A stretch of DNA of 64,000 nt from Sarea resinae (taxonomy: Eukaryota): the NCBI GenBank assembly GCA_026026165.1, contig JAPEUD010000020.1, positions 186,001 through 250,000 of the forward strand, in the 5' to 3' direction. Below the pieces are notes generated by a model. That model worked only from the letters and a program-made list of their open reading frames with translations, was not told the origin of the DNA and ran no database searches. Position numbers and translations under genes: made by a program. Below, piece by piece: positions 11,603 to 23,698 of the stretch (its first letter is position 1; each line of letters begins with the position of its first letter).

Positions 11603-14600
11603 ATGGGGCCCATCGCCTTGCCAGAAGATGCGAGAGCCAACGGTCCACGTCGGCTGTCCATCTCTGCCAATAATGCCCCAACGGCGCATATGGCCACGAC
11701 GACGGTCAAGGTCGACGGCATGACCTGTGGAGCCTGTACGTCTTCGGTCGAGAGCGCCTTTCAAGGCATCGAGGGCGTCGGTACCGTGTCCGTGAGCTTG
11801 GTCATGGGCCGAGCCGTCGTCGTTCACGATCCAGACAAAGTCCCGGCGGAAATGGTCGAGGATATCATTGAAGATCGAGGATTCGATGCTGAGGTTCTCT
11901 CGACCGACCTACCTGCCGCACCTGTTGCGAGCTACGAAGACGATGTTTTACTGAGTGACGAGGATATCGAAAACGAGGCTCCCCCGAATCTTACGACGAC
12001 AACGATAGCAGTGGAGGGGATGACATGTGGAGCATGTACCTCGGCGGTTGAGTCTGGATTCAAAGACGTTCCCGGAGTCAAATCATTCAGCATCTCCCTC
12101 CTTTCCGAACGAGCCGTCCTTGAGCACGATTCGACAATCTTGAGCGCGGACCAAATTGTCGACACGATCGAAGACAGGGGATTTGGAGCCACCGTCGTGG
12201 ATTCAGTTGCTTCGGTGTCTCCACCAACACCAAGCACGGGCAAACGAAAAGGAAGCAGGCAAGCTCAGATGATGACTACGACAGTGGCAGTACAGGGCAT
12301 GACCTGTGGCGCCTGCACGTCTGCGGTGGAAGCAGGTTTCAAGGGCGTTGATGGCGTCCTGCGATTCAACATCAGTCTACTCGCAGAACGAGCAATAATC
12401 GTTCACGATCCGGTACGACTCTCTCGAGAGAAGATCGCAGAAATCATTGAAGATAGTGGCTTTGACGCCAAGGTTCTGTCCTCTCAGCTAGAGGAAGCAC
12501 CGCAGGCTCGCTCCCTCGCAACGCTCCAACTCAAGGTTTTCGGCCTCACGGACGCCGCTTCGGCGTCCTCTCTGGAGTCAGAGCTGCGATCACTGCCGGG
12601 CGTCAACTCTGCTCTAGTCAATCTCAATACTTCTCGCACCACAATCACACATCAACCCGCCATAACTGGACTCCGCGCCCTCGTGGAAACGGTTGAAGCC
12701 GCAGGCTATAATGCTCTGCTGGCTGATTCCGATGACAACAATGCGCAGCTAGAGTCACTCGCAAAGACCAGAGAAATTCAAGAGTGGCGTACTGCATTTC
12801 GTGTTTCCGTCTGTTTTGCTATTCCCGTCCTTTTCATCAGCATGTTGATACCCATGTTTCTGCCCACTTTCGATTTCGGATCCATTGAACTCTTTCCATC
12901 GGGGCTCTATCTCGGTGATCTCCTCTGTCTTCTTCTCACCGCGCCAGTCCAGTTTGGTATCGGCAAGCGCTTCTACATTTCGGCGTTCAAGTCCCTTCGC
13001 CATCGTTCTCCTACCATGGATGTCCTTGTCGTGCTTGGTACCTCTGCCGCCTTTTTCTTCAGCGTTGCTGCGATGCTCGTCTCGATTCTCTCGCCACCAC
13101 ATACGAGACCGAGCACGGTCTTTGACACCAGTACCATGCTCATTACGTTCATCACTCTCGGCCGCTTCCTTGAGAACAGGGCCAAGGGCCAGACATCAAA
13201 GGCTCTGTCGCAGCTCATGTCACTGGCGCCTTCGATGGCGACCATCTACGCAGACCCAATTGCCGCCGAAAAGGCTTCGCAGGGTTGGGATGCCGATATT
13301 GGAAGTGACGCCGGTAAAAAGGACGCCCCAGCTGATAGCACCAATAACGGGGTCGAGGAAAAGCACGTTGCAACAGAATTGATCCAGGTTGGCGATATTG
13401 TGATTCTCCGCCCAGGAGATCGCATCCCCGCGGACGGCACCATCACACGCGGACAGAGTTTTGTTGATGAGAGCATGGTTACTGGTGAAGCCATGCCTAT
13501 CCTCAAAACCAAGGGCAGTTTCCTCATCGCGGGTACGGTCAACGGAGCGGGGCGTGTCGACTTCCGCGTCACCAGAGCTGGACGGGATACCCAACTCAGC
13601 CAGATCGTGAAACTGGTGCAAGAGGCTCAAACGAACCGCGCACCCATTCAGAGAATGGCAGATGTTGTGGCGGGATACTTTGTTCCGACTATCATTACGC
13701 TTGGTCTCATCACTTTCATCGGATGGATGGTTCTAAGTCACATTCTACCGCATCCGCCTAAGATCTTCACAGATCGCGCGAGCGGAGGTAGATTTATGGT
13801 GTGTTTGAAGCTTTGTATCTCTGTCATCGTATTTGCTTGTCCATGTGCGCTAGGTCTGAGTACGCCTACCGCAGTCATGGTTGGTACCGGTGTGGGCGCT
13901 GCCCATGGTATCCTCGTGAAAGGGGGCGCCGCCTTGGAGACAGCCACGAAAGTCACGGCTGTAGTGCTCGACAAGACAGGCACATTGACGCTTGGTCGGA
14001 TGAGTGTCGCCGAAGCAAAGCCAGAGCCGCTCTGGAAAGGGGATGCATGGCGAACGCGACTGTGGTGGACTCTCGTGGGTCTGGCGGAGATGAGTAGCGA
14101 GCACCCCGTCGGCCGAGCCATCGTCAACGGCGCCAAGGAAGAGCTCGGTCTAGGCGCCGAAGGCATCCTCGATGGTAGTATCGGCGATTTCGATGCCACC
14201 GTCGGCCAAGGCATCTCAGCTGTTGTTGAGCCCGCCTCCAGTGCTGAACGTCGCCGCTACGCGGTCCTTATTGGAAATGCCTCTTATCTTGAATCCAAAG
14301 GCGTTTCTACCCCCACCATCACCACCGACACATCATCCCCTGCAAAGGCAACCAGTGCCACACCTGCAGGCATCACCACCGTCTTCGTCTCCATAGACGC
14401 GCACTACGCCGGCTCCCTCTCCCTCTCCGACACCATCAAGCCCACCGCCCCGGCCTGCATCAAAGCCCTGCACCACCTGAACATCATGACGACTCTAGTG
14501 ACTGGCGACCAGCCCGGTACCGCGCACGCGATTGCCGCCCTCGTCGGCATCCCAGCCTCGCACGTCCACGCGGCCATCACGCCCGACAAAAAATCGGCCA

Positions 14601-15289
14601 TCATCCTCGCGCTCCAACGCCAAGGCCACACGGTCGCCATGGTCGGCGACGGCATCAACGACTCGCCTGCGCTCGCCACGGCCGACGTCGGTATCGCCAT
14701 GGCATCCGGCACGGACGTGGCCATGGAGGCAGCCGACATCGTCCTCATGCGGCCGATGGACCTGCTCGACATCCCGGCCTCGCTGCACCTGGCCCGCACC
14801 ATCTTCGGCCGCATCAAGCTCAACCTGCTCTGGGCGTGCGCGTACAACCTCTTCGGTCTCCCCTTTGCCATGGGCGCCTTCCTGCCCCTCGGCTGGCACC
14901 TGCATCCCATGGCCGCCGGCGCCGCCATGGCCGCCTCCAGCGTCAGCGTCGTCGCCAGCAGTCTGCTGCTGAAGTTCTGGAAACGGCCCCGGTGGATGGA
15001 CGTCGACGCGCTCGAGAAGCTCGACGTGGCGACGCCGTCTGTGGTGGGCGGCATGGCCGTCGACGAGACTTTGCTCGCTATGGAGGCCGCCGAGATGGAT
15101 GCCGGCTTGCCGCACGGACGGCCAAGCACCACGAGTAGGCTCATCAACGCCGTACGCGACGTGCTCGCAAGGCTCGTTCCGGGAGCAGCCGCACGGCTGA
15201 CGGGCCGGATCGGCGCTCAGCTGCCACGGCCACGGCGCGGAGAAGCGCGCTATGTGCCCCTGACGGACCTAGACGGCGATGCCGTCTGA
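11603..15289 (+). CDS. CCC2: Cu(I)-transporting P1B-type ATPase (Ccc2/ATP7 family), intronless
   Basis: Three GMTCGAC metal-binding domains plus one degenerate HMA domain, TGEA, CPC, DKTGT, SEHP, GDGINDSP, YN and MAASS motifs. Confidence 0.96.
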   Translation: MGPIALPEDARANGPRRLSISANNAPTAHMATTTVKVDGMTCGACTSSVESAFQGIEGVGTVSVSLVMGRAVVVHDPDKVPAEMVEDIIEDRGFDAEVLSTDLPAAPVASYEDDVLLSDEDIENEAPPNLTTTTIAVEGMTCGACTSAVESGFKDVPGVKSFSISLLSERAVLEHDSTILSADQIVDTIEDRGFGATVVDSVASVSPPTPSTGKRKGSRQAQMMTTTVAVQGMTCGACTSAVEAGFKGVDGVLRFNISLLAERAIIVHDPVRLSREKIAEIIEDSGFDAKVLSSQLEEAPQARSLATLQLKVFGLTDAASASSLESELRSLPGVNSALVNLNTSRTTITHQPAITGLRALVETVEAAGYNALLADSDDNNAQLESLAKTREIQEWRTAFRVSVCFAIPVLFISMLIPMFLPTFDFGSIELFPSGLYLGDLLCLLLTAPVQFGIGKRFYISAFKSLRHRSPTMDVLVVLGTSAAFFFSVAAMLVSILSPPHTRPSTVFDTSTMLITFITLGRFLENRAKGQTSKALSQLMSLAPSMATIYADPIAAEKASQGWDADIGSDAGKKDAPADSTNNGVEEKHVATELIQVGDIVILRPGDRIPADGTITRGQSFVDESMVTGEAMPILKTKGSFLIAGTVNGAGRVDFRVTRAGRDTQLSQIVKLVQEAQTNRAPIQRMADVVAGYFVPTIITLGLITFIGWMVLSHILPHPPKIFTDRASGGRFMVCLKLCISVIVFACPCALGLSTPTAVMVGTGVGAAHGILVKGGAALETATKVTAVVLDKTGTLTLGRMSVAEAKPEPLWKGDAWRTRLWWTLVGLAEMSSEHPVGRAIVNGAKEELGLGAEGILDGSIGDFDATVGQGISAVVEPASSAERRRYAVLIGNASYLESKGVSTPTITTDTSSPAKATSATPAGITTVFVSIDAHYAGSLSLSDTIKPTAPACIKALHHLNIMTTLVTGDQPGTAHAIAALVGIPASHVHAAITPDKKSAIILALQRQGHTVAMVGDGINDSPALATADVGIAMASGTDVAMEAADIVLMRPMDLLDIPASLHLARTIFGRIKLNLLWACAYNLFGLPFAMGAFLPLGWHLHPMAAGAAMAASSVSVVASSLLLKFWKRPRWMDVDALEKLDVATPSVVGGMAVDETLLAMEAAEMDAGLPHGRPSTTSRLINAVRDVLARLVPGAAARLTGRIGAQLPRPRRGEARYVPLTDLDGDAV

Positions 15290-15369
15290 AACGCGCCCTG
15301 TTCTTTTTCCTCGTTTATCATTTTCCATTTTCCTATTTTTTTCGTTCATTCCTTCCTAGCTCACATACG

Positions 15370-15503
15370 CCTCGTCCTCCTCCTCCTCCTCCTTCTTCTC
15401 ATTTTCCTCCTCCTCGCACGTATCAGACGATCACTCGGTCGGAACGCGCGCATGCATGAATGACTCAATTAAGCGGAGAAGCTCGACTGCAGAAATGAAT
15501 AGG

Positions 15504-15539
<36 letters not shown>

Positions 15540-16199
15540 AATATATGGATATATGGATACATGAAATCATCATAGGGGGGCCAAGGAGGCTTTTCTTTGG
15601 GGGAGAAAACCGGGGTGTTTTTTTCTTTTTTGGTCTTCCTATTCCTACGTTACGTTACGTTACGTTACGTTACCCCCTTTTTCTCTGGTCAGGATGGCAG
15701 ATGGCAGGGAGCGGGTAGCAGGTACCTATCTAGCTAGCTAGCTAGCTATCTATCTATTCATCTACCGTCGTTGGCGGGTTCCTAGTGAGTGAGTGAGTGA
15801 GTGAGTTAAACGCCAAACGCCAAACCCAAACCCCAAAACCCAAAACCAAAGAATCCATCTCGATGTACGGAGTAGTAGACCCCTAGACGGCAAACATGAG
15901 GGCGAAAAACATGTAGGGTCGCCGTTATCATTTGTCGTCGTCGATGATACCATTGACTCATTCGCTCATTCATTCTTTCAAGTTGCCCTCATTCGCAACC
16001 CGTCGGGCCGTTTGGGGGGGAGGAGGAAGGTGGAAACCCTTTGTTTTGATTTCTGGTCTCGGATCGGATCGGCTCGGATCAGATCGGATCCTGATGATAA
16101 TACACACACACAAATCACTCGAAAGAAAAAAAGTCAAGGGAAAGAGCAAAAAATAGCAAAGTCTAGTTGGATTTCCCTTTTTTTTTCTTCCCCTTCCCG

Positions 16200-16230
<31 letters not shown>

Positions 16231-16803
16231 CGGGGCATGTTCGAACGGACTGTTCTGACTGACTGGCTGGCTGTTTTGACTGACTGGCTGACTGACTGAC
16301 TGACTAGGTAGCTAACGCAGGCTCGTTGACTAGCTGACTACTAGGTGGCTGGCTAATTAACACAGACTCATGGACTGGCTGTTCTGGCTGGAGCGAAAAG
16401 GCGGGGGGTTCTCCCGCGCTGCTACTGACGAAAAACGGAAAAGGAGAAGAAGAAATGAAAAGAAGCGAAAAGGAAGAAAGGAAGAGAAGAAGAAGGAAGA
16501 GAAGATAGGTAGATAGAAGACAGTGGGTGAATTGAATTGAACTGAACTGAATTGAATTGAATTGAATTGAATTGAATTGAATTGGACTGAAAAAGGATTG
16601 GAACGCTCTCAATCAGATGTGCATGGCATGATAAGTCAAGACAGCCCATCGTATCGTATCGTACGCACGCACGCACGTATGCCCCATCGCAAGCCCCGTT
16701 CCCGTTCCCATTCCCGTTCCTGTGCCCACGCCCATGCCCATATCCGTGCCCATATCCATAATGTCCACACAAGCAGATGCTACCGCTACCGCTACCACTA
16801 CTG
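15370..16803. repeat. Microsatellite island between convergent CCC2 and SWR1
   Basis: (TA)n(TG)n at about 15504-15539, (TTACG)n, (TAGC)n, (GAGT)n, (GGATC)n, C30 at about 16200-16229, (GACT)n, (AATTG)n at about 16530-16583, (CCCATN)n. Confidence 0.9.
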
Positions 16804-19800
16804 CTAACGCTTTCTCGCCCTCCCGATGCCCTGGTGGCCTTTCTTGCTCTTCTTGCGGCCGCGATCGACGGGCGCGGCGACGGGCACGTCCTTGAGCTCC
16901 CACTCGACGAACCGGAGCATGTATTCATCCACGTGGCCCGGTTCGGCGTCAGCATCGTCGTCGCCGTCCTCCGCGTTGTCAATGACGTTGTCATTGTCGT
17001 CGAGGTCCATCGGATCGTCATGAGGATGATCATGGTCGTGGTGGGCTGTCGGCTTGGTAGAGGCGAGGCCGGACTCGGCGGCTTCGAGCGTAGTTGATGT
17101 TTCAACCGCGGTAGAACGTCTTCGTTCGCGCTCGCGCTTGGCAGTGCCAAGGTCGGTGGGCGTGGGAGGGCCCGTGCCGGTGACCGTCTTGGGCGTACCG
17201 ACGGCGCTACTACTACTACCGCCCTCGCCAGTGGTGGCTCCGGCAGCAGCGACGGCGGCAGCGGCGGCCTTCTCGTCAAAGTCCGCATCGTCCGCGTGTA
17301 GAATCTCCCTCTCGGCAAGCTTGGCTGCGTTCCGATCCTCGATATCCTCGACCTCTTCTAGGACCCTGCCTGCGCCCGCGTTCCCGAGTACTCTATCCAT
17401 GGCGGCGATGGCCTCGTCATGGCCATCCATATCCGGCACCGTGGCCGCAACATCGTCGCCAACTATGTCGCGCAAGGACAGCTTGTTGAAGTAGTCGGTC
17501 GTGAACTCTCCCTCTTGGATGACCACGTCGTCGAGCATGCGTTTCTGATTCGCTTTGCGCAGAATGTTGGACTCGATCGTGTATTCAGAGACAAATCTAT
17601 AAATGTGGACGTCGCGGGTTTGGCCGATACGATGGCAGCGGTCTTGACATTGCTTGTCCATTGCCGGGTTCCAGTCGAGATCATAGAAGATGACGGTGTC
17701 GGCGCCAGTGAGATTGATGCCCAGGCCACCGGAGCGGCTAGAGAGGATAAAGGCAAGGATGCGTGGATCGTTATTAAAGCGCTCCGTGAGGATCTGCCGC
17801 TGTTCGACTTTGGTGGCACCGTCTAGACGAAGGTAGCGATGACCGTGGATGTTGAGGAATTGCTCGAGGATATCGAGAACTTTGGTCATTTGCGTGAAGA
17901 TGAGAGCACGGTGGCCGCCGGCTTGAAGGTCGCGGAGGAGTGTGTCGAGGCGTTGGAGCTTACCGCAGTCGTACTGTAGGAGTCGTTTATCTGGAAAGGC
18001 AATCGAGAGTCGCACGCGGGCCTCGTGGAATGCGTCAGTGGTACAAACTTCCTGGGCTCGCTGGACCGCTTCAACGCCTCGAGGCGACAATGTCAAGGGC
18101 GCCATATCGGTGGCCACAGCTACCGGAGTGATGCAGGCGAATTTTTGCACTGTGGTCTGGAGGTCTTCCGAACGTTGATCGAGCGTCGGGATCATCGACT
18201 GAAGAATAGAGGACGTGTTCAAGTACCACTTAGAGAGCTCAGTCGTTCGCTGGGGTTGGCGCGCGACCGGACGTTGATCCAGCGTCAGGAGGTCGATGAG
18301 TCCCTTACCATATATCGGCACTCTTTGGCTGCGTATCGCATTGAGATAGACGCAGTGGCGGAGCTCCTCCAGGCGTGACATCCGAGCAGCATTCTCCATC
18401 GACTCCAGGGTCGCACTCACAGAGGAAGCGTTGAACTTCTTCCGCCAGTCAATTCGGTCGCCCTGGCGTCTACATAAATCCTGAAGTTGCCGATAAGCAA
18501 TGAGTCTCGAACTTTCATACGCCAGGATCGAAGAACTTTTTTCATTCATGGTTGGTGTGAGATTCAAGAAATCGAAGTTGATCAAGGTCATCGGATCCTC
18601 TCGGAGAAGTCGTCTTCGAACCAGAAGCTCTTTAATCTCGTAATCGGCAACCACAGACTTCGGCATCGCAAACGACGTGACGATCTGGCGGGTTTCGAAC
18701 AGGTCGGGATGATTGCAAACTTTTCGAAGCTGCATGAGACAGTTGATGATCGAGAAATAGTTCCCCGTGGCCAACGTCTCTCGCGTCTGGGATAGAGACA
18801 TGAAGCCATCGTAGAGGTAGCGTTGCCGTTTGGAGAGTCGACAGTACACAACATGCTCATACTTTAGCGGCATTTGCTTTTCAACGTCGGCTTTTAGTCG
18901 TCGCAGGAGATATGGCCGCAGGACCTTATGAAGCTTCGAAACGATACCCTTCGCTTCATCATCCATCGTCTCTCTTCCGTGTTCCATTATCTGCTCGACA
19001 GGCTTACGGAACCAATCCGAAAACTCCTTCAGATCGGCAAACCCGCCTATGCCATTCTCCGTATGATCCGAGGGCATTAAGAAAAAAAGAAGCGACCATA
19101 ACTCGGTCAGGTTATTTTGCAAGGGAGTCCCAGTCAACAGTAATCGCGCTCGGGTCCTGAACGTGAGCAGCGTCTGCCACCTCTGAGAGCGGAAATTTTT
19201 GATGTTGTGAGCTTCGTCTAAAATCATGTAATGCCAGCCCCGGCGTTTGAAAGTGACTGCGTCTTGGAGAATGAGCTGATAAGAGGTGATGCACACATTA
19301 TAGAGGTCATCATCCATCCATCCTTTGCGTTTCGCTTTCCGCTCCTCTTGAGATCCGTAGTATGTCAGTATCTTAAACCCGGGACACCACTTCTTGAACT
19401 CCATTTCCCAGTTGAGCATGACGCTTGTAGGAACAACAATGAGATGAGGACCCCAGACATGATGTTCGACGGCCAGATGAGCAAGCAGTGCTATGGTTTG
19501 AATTGTTTTGCCCAGGCCCATCTCGTCGGCTAATATACCATTAGTGCCATTTGCGTAAAGACCCGCAAGCCAGTCAAGTCCGAAGCGTTGATATTCTCGA
19601 AGAGTACCTCGTAAAAGGGACGGGATTGGAGTCTTGGGCGTGTATGAGGGCTGCGGGGTGGTAAGTGAAGACGAGCGTCGCCCGCCAATCGGTGGGTCGA
19701 CGGACGAGATCGAATCGGCTTCAGGGGTCTTAGTCGTTGCATTCGTCCTCGGAGAAGCCTGGCTGCTGTGGGCCTGACTGGTGTCCATGACGTCCGGGCT

Positions 19801-22020
19801 AAGGTGCTCTCCATTGACTACAGGAGGTGTGGGCGACTGGCGGGGTTTGACAATGGGCTCATCGGCGTTCCGCGAGATTGGCGTTAGGGTCGGGTTTTCG
19901 GCCTGAAGGGGTTCATCTTGAGGGGATTCAGCTTGACTTTCGACTCGAGGAGTTTCGACTTCGGGAGTTTCAATCAGAGGGGTATCGGGAACCAAGCTGA
20001 GTTCCTCGATTTCCTCGGCCTCTTCATCCACATTGGCTTCTTGATCAAACCCGCTCTCGTCCGCAAGGTCCTCTTTTTCAGACTCATTTGTCACTTCTTG
20101 AACTTCCTTTCTCGAAAAGAACCCCAATAGACCAGGTGCAGCATCTTCCTCGTCACTGCCTTCCTCGTCATCCTCTTCGCTGCTCCCCTCGCTATCGCCC
20201 ATGTCACTGTCCATATCAGTCGATTCGTCAGAGTCATCTAACAGCTTCTCATCAACCTCATCAATTTCAACATCAGCCATGTCGTATTCGACATCCGCTG
20301 TGTCTTCTCGAGATGGTTCTTGATCTTCGGCTATGGCAGAGCCCAATGTATCCGGGGTTTCCATGTCTTTGCTGAGTCCAACGCCATCTGTGCTCGGCAT
20401 ATCTTCTGGTATCCCAGAGTACTTCCGGCGAAGCTCTTCGACCGTAAGTCCTTCATCATCATCCACACCTCGAACTTCGCCCTCATCTTCATTTTCCGAT
20501 TCGCTGGTTGACATATTGCTTTCATCGTCATCGCCGGAGGTCTCTTCACCATCCGTCTCGTCCGAGGCGGCGTCATCGTCATCAGTATTATCATCACCGT
20601 CTTGGTCGTCATTACTCATTTCTGAAGACAATCTCATACGACGTTTGTCGAGAAGCTGAGTCGACTGCTCAAGCATCTGGTTGAGTGCCTGTTTCCCAAG
20701 GAGTTGCTGCTGCTCCTCCCATCTCGCCAGTCTTCTCTTATTCACTTCCCCGGTAACCATGTCCCATTTTTGCTGAAGGTCTTTTCGTACCTGCTTGAAT
20801 CTCGCCAGGGTTGCCTCACGCTGTTCTTGGATGATCTCCTCTTCGGTCTTCGGTTGCCTCCTCCTCCACTCAGCCGCGGCTGCATGTGCCAGCTTCTTTG
20901 CTGTCAGTCGGTGATGTCTGCTCTCCTGTTTCAACAATTTCTGAAAGTGTATTGCCTGTGCCACTAAGTGATCCTGGTGTGCGTACTGCCGCGGCGGTTC
21001 TTCCTGCGGTTCTGGCACGTAAAGTGAACATTTATCCTCGCTCAGGATGCCGCCAGAAAGGCCGGCTTCCAGTATCCGTTGCCGAAGAATAGCCTCTTTC
21101 CGAGCGTCTTCTTTGCTCAATCTTGCCACGTCCTCTCCAGACAGTGGATCGTCACTTTCGACCCACTCCTGAAAAGACGAAAACCGTCGCGGAGGAACAA
21201 TGTGGTCCGGGTGCTGAATCGGGACTGTTGGCATGCGGACTCGGAATTTGAGCTTCTGTGGCTTGAAATTTGCATCCACTTCCACGCTGCCTTCATCCTC
21301 GCTATGCCATCCATTTGTTTCGACCACCTCCGGCTCCTTGACCACAGCAGCAGACGTAGTTCTCGTAGATCTTCGCGTGGGCTTTGCGGAAACTTTGGGG
21401 GATGATGAAGCATGTTGCGAGAGGCGAGCTTGAGACTTGGACGATCTTAAAGTTGGGGTTTTCGAGGATGTGTTCTTGAGCGCGCCGCTCTTCGCTGGTG
21501 ACTTCCCAGCAATATGTGAGGTGGGTCTGCCGGCCGACTGTGGTCGTTTGCCATTAGACTGTGTCTGGGTCGCAGCAGATTTCGAGGTAGTCGAGTTTCG
21601 CAAAGACGGAGTACCGCTCTTAGCTATTGATGTCTTCTGCGCGGCAGCGCGTGTCTGCCTCTTACCAGACTGTGGTTGCAAATCGAGAGGAATAGCATTT
21701 GTTCGTGACGATTTTCGCCGCCCACCTTCGACAAAAGATGTCGGCCCTTCGACAGCTATCTTCTTCCACGGAGGCGATATTGGTCGCGACGATGAGCGCT
21801 GCCTAACGGCAGGATCCGCGAGCTTGCGCTTCTTGGCGGGAGGATTACCGTCACTGTCGTCTGGCGGCGGGGTTGGATCGACTCTGGTGGGTGTTTGTGC
21901 GGCTGTTGCATCTATTGTACATTAGCAATTATTGCGTTTGTGGGTTTGAAGTCCAAAATCACCTTGAGTGGCACCAGCATTGTTGTCATCATGATCAGAA
22001 GTGTCGGATCGGCCTTGCAT
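16804..22020 (-). CDS. SWR1: SWR1 chromatin-remodelling ATPase (H2A.Z deposition); probable short exon 1 22020-21963 and intron 21962-21912
   Basis: HSA-like region, GILADEMGLGKT, DEAH, split helicase with insertion, FPDKRLLQYDCGKLQ, QDRCHRIGQTRDV. The frame stays open upstream of the listed ORF (PPAKKRKL, SPPWKK, GPTSF) to a GCTAAT...TAG acceptor at 21912. The start assignment is less certain than the gene call. Confidence 0.94.
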
Positions 22021-22655
22021 GTCCAGGATGGCGAGGCCCGATCCCTTTGCTCACCCTCGCCCCAACTTTTCACATCAAAACACGCGTTCTGGTGTCGATT
22101 CCGGTGTCAAATGAAAGCTGGTCTCGAGACGAATAAGGTGTCGAGGTCTGAGCAAGTTATCGGCGATATTGTGTCGCGGATGATGAAAAAGGTGTCGCGG
22201 AGAAGTGATGATACGTATTGGCCAGGCACTTAGCATTAGCAAAATTTGGGGGAGAGATACATGCGAGTATGCTCGAAAGTACACGGCGATGTGTCAGCCG
22301 CGACTGGTCGGTCAGGTCAGTCGGCCAGGTAATGTCGCTAATATTGCCCAAGAGAGAGCGTGAATGGGCGGGTGAAGCTCCATCGGCTCTGCAATCATCG
22401 GCTAGATTACTCAAAATGGATCTTTTAGTGGTCATAGCCGGATCGGGCCATCGACTGCGTCTGAACTACAAGCATTGGATCACTACCTACCTTACTGATC
22501 ATCCATCACCAACGCCGACTCCTCGAACCTCGCCGAGAGAGCACCCATCGATTGATATTCTCTCTCGCCCTTTCTCCCAAGGTGAATGACTCCGGAGAGT
22601 CAGACAATGCCGTCTCAAGAGATCCCCGCGGTCCACTAACACTCGCTCCCTCCAG

Positions 22656-23228
22656 ATGATCTCACGCCGAATCGCGGTGGCCCGGCCGCTTGCCGGAGCC
22701 CTGCGAACAGTCGCACCTCGCACCAACCTCACACAAATCCGATGCATCTCTCAAGCGGACATTGAAGATCCCGGGATGGTCAGTCTCCTTCGTCTGCGCT
22801 TTGCGCCAGACCTTACCGCTCACGTTTTGGCAGAATGGCGGCTATGTCAGCCCCCCAGCCCAGAAGCGACAATTCCGCGACCCATATGGCGACTGGTGGG
22901 ACAAGCAGGAGAGGCGCAACTACGGCGAGCCCGTTCACGAAGACAACGACATCCTGGGCCTTTTCTCGCCGGACGAGTATACCCATTATAAGCCTGCCAA
23001 GGGATTTGCCTTGTTGGGCACTTTCGTGGCCACCGTCTTCGGTCTTGCGGGCGTCGTGTACTTTTTCTATCCCGACAAGCCAGCGGTGCCCAAAGCGTAT
23101 CCCGGGGGCCTTGAGACTGAGCTTGGAGGTCCGAACGCGGTTCCGGTATGCTATGATCATATGCTTTGCCAACATGTCAAGCAGATGCTAACGACGGTAC
23201 CCAGGCACGGTCCAAGGAAGAGTTTTGA
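22656..23228 (+). CDS. Mitochondrial complex I accessory subunit NDUFB8 (ASHI); introns about 22779-22833 and 23146-23204
   Basis: Arg-rich presequence, EDPGM|NGGY, KRQFRDPYGDWWDKQERRNYGEPVHEDNDILGLFS, one TM helix, YPDKPAVPKAYPGGLETELGG. Confidence 0.88.
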
Positions 23229-23698
23229 TTTTTGATATACGCGCATATTGTAGATAACTTTCACATAACATTGAAATCAAATACGATTGAATTGCATCCC
23301 CTTATGTTTGAAGTTAGGTATCTTTTGGGCTGTACCTGCTCATGGACTTTTTCCGGCCTCCAAATCGTTGAATGTCTGTGTTCAATGCTGTAGTAGGGAA
23401 CAATACTTCAGTTTTCTATCAATATGATACATCCTGCTATCCTACTACACCTTCTGACAAGTACGAGATCGCTAACAAGCACCGAAAATTAAAGTGAAAG
23501 AAGCATAAAGGTATACTGGGAATTCCGGAAAAGCTCAAAGGTATGAAACGCTGCACGCTGACGGATTGAACGCAAAGAGAATCGCGGTCGTCCCATATAA
23601 TCGAAAGGATGAAGCAAGAAATCCTGCGACTTGCCTGCACCGTCCCGAGAATCGAAATACCAAACGCCTCGCTCGAAGACAGACATTAAAATATTAAT

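Noticed and set aside
10720..11721. 333-aa minus-strand ORF overlapping the CCC2 promoter and start
   Set aside because: No recognisable domain, atypical composition and partly antisense to CCC2; probably a chance ORF.
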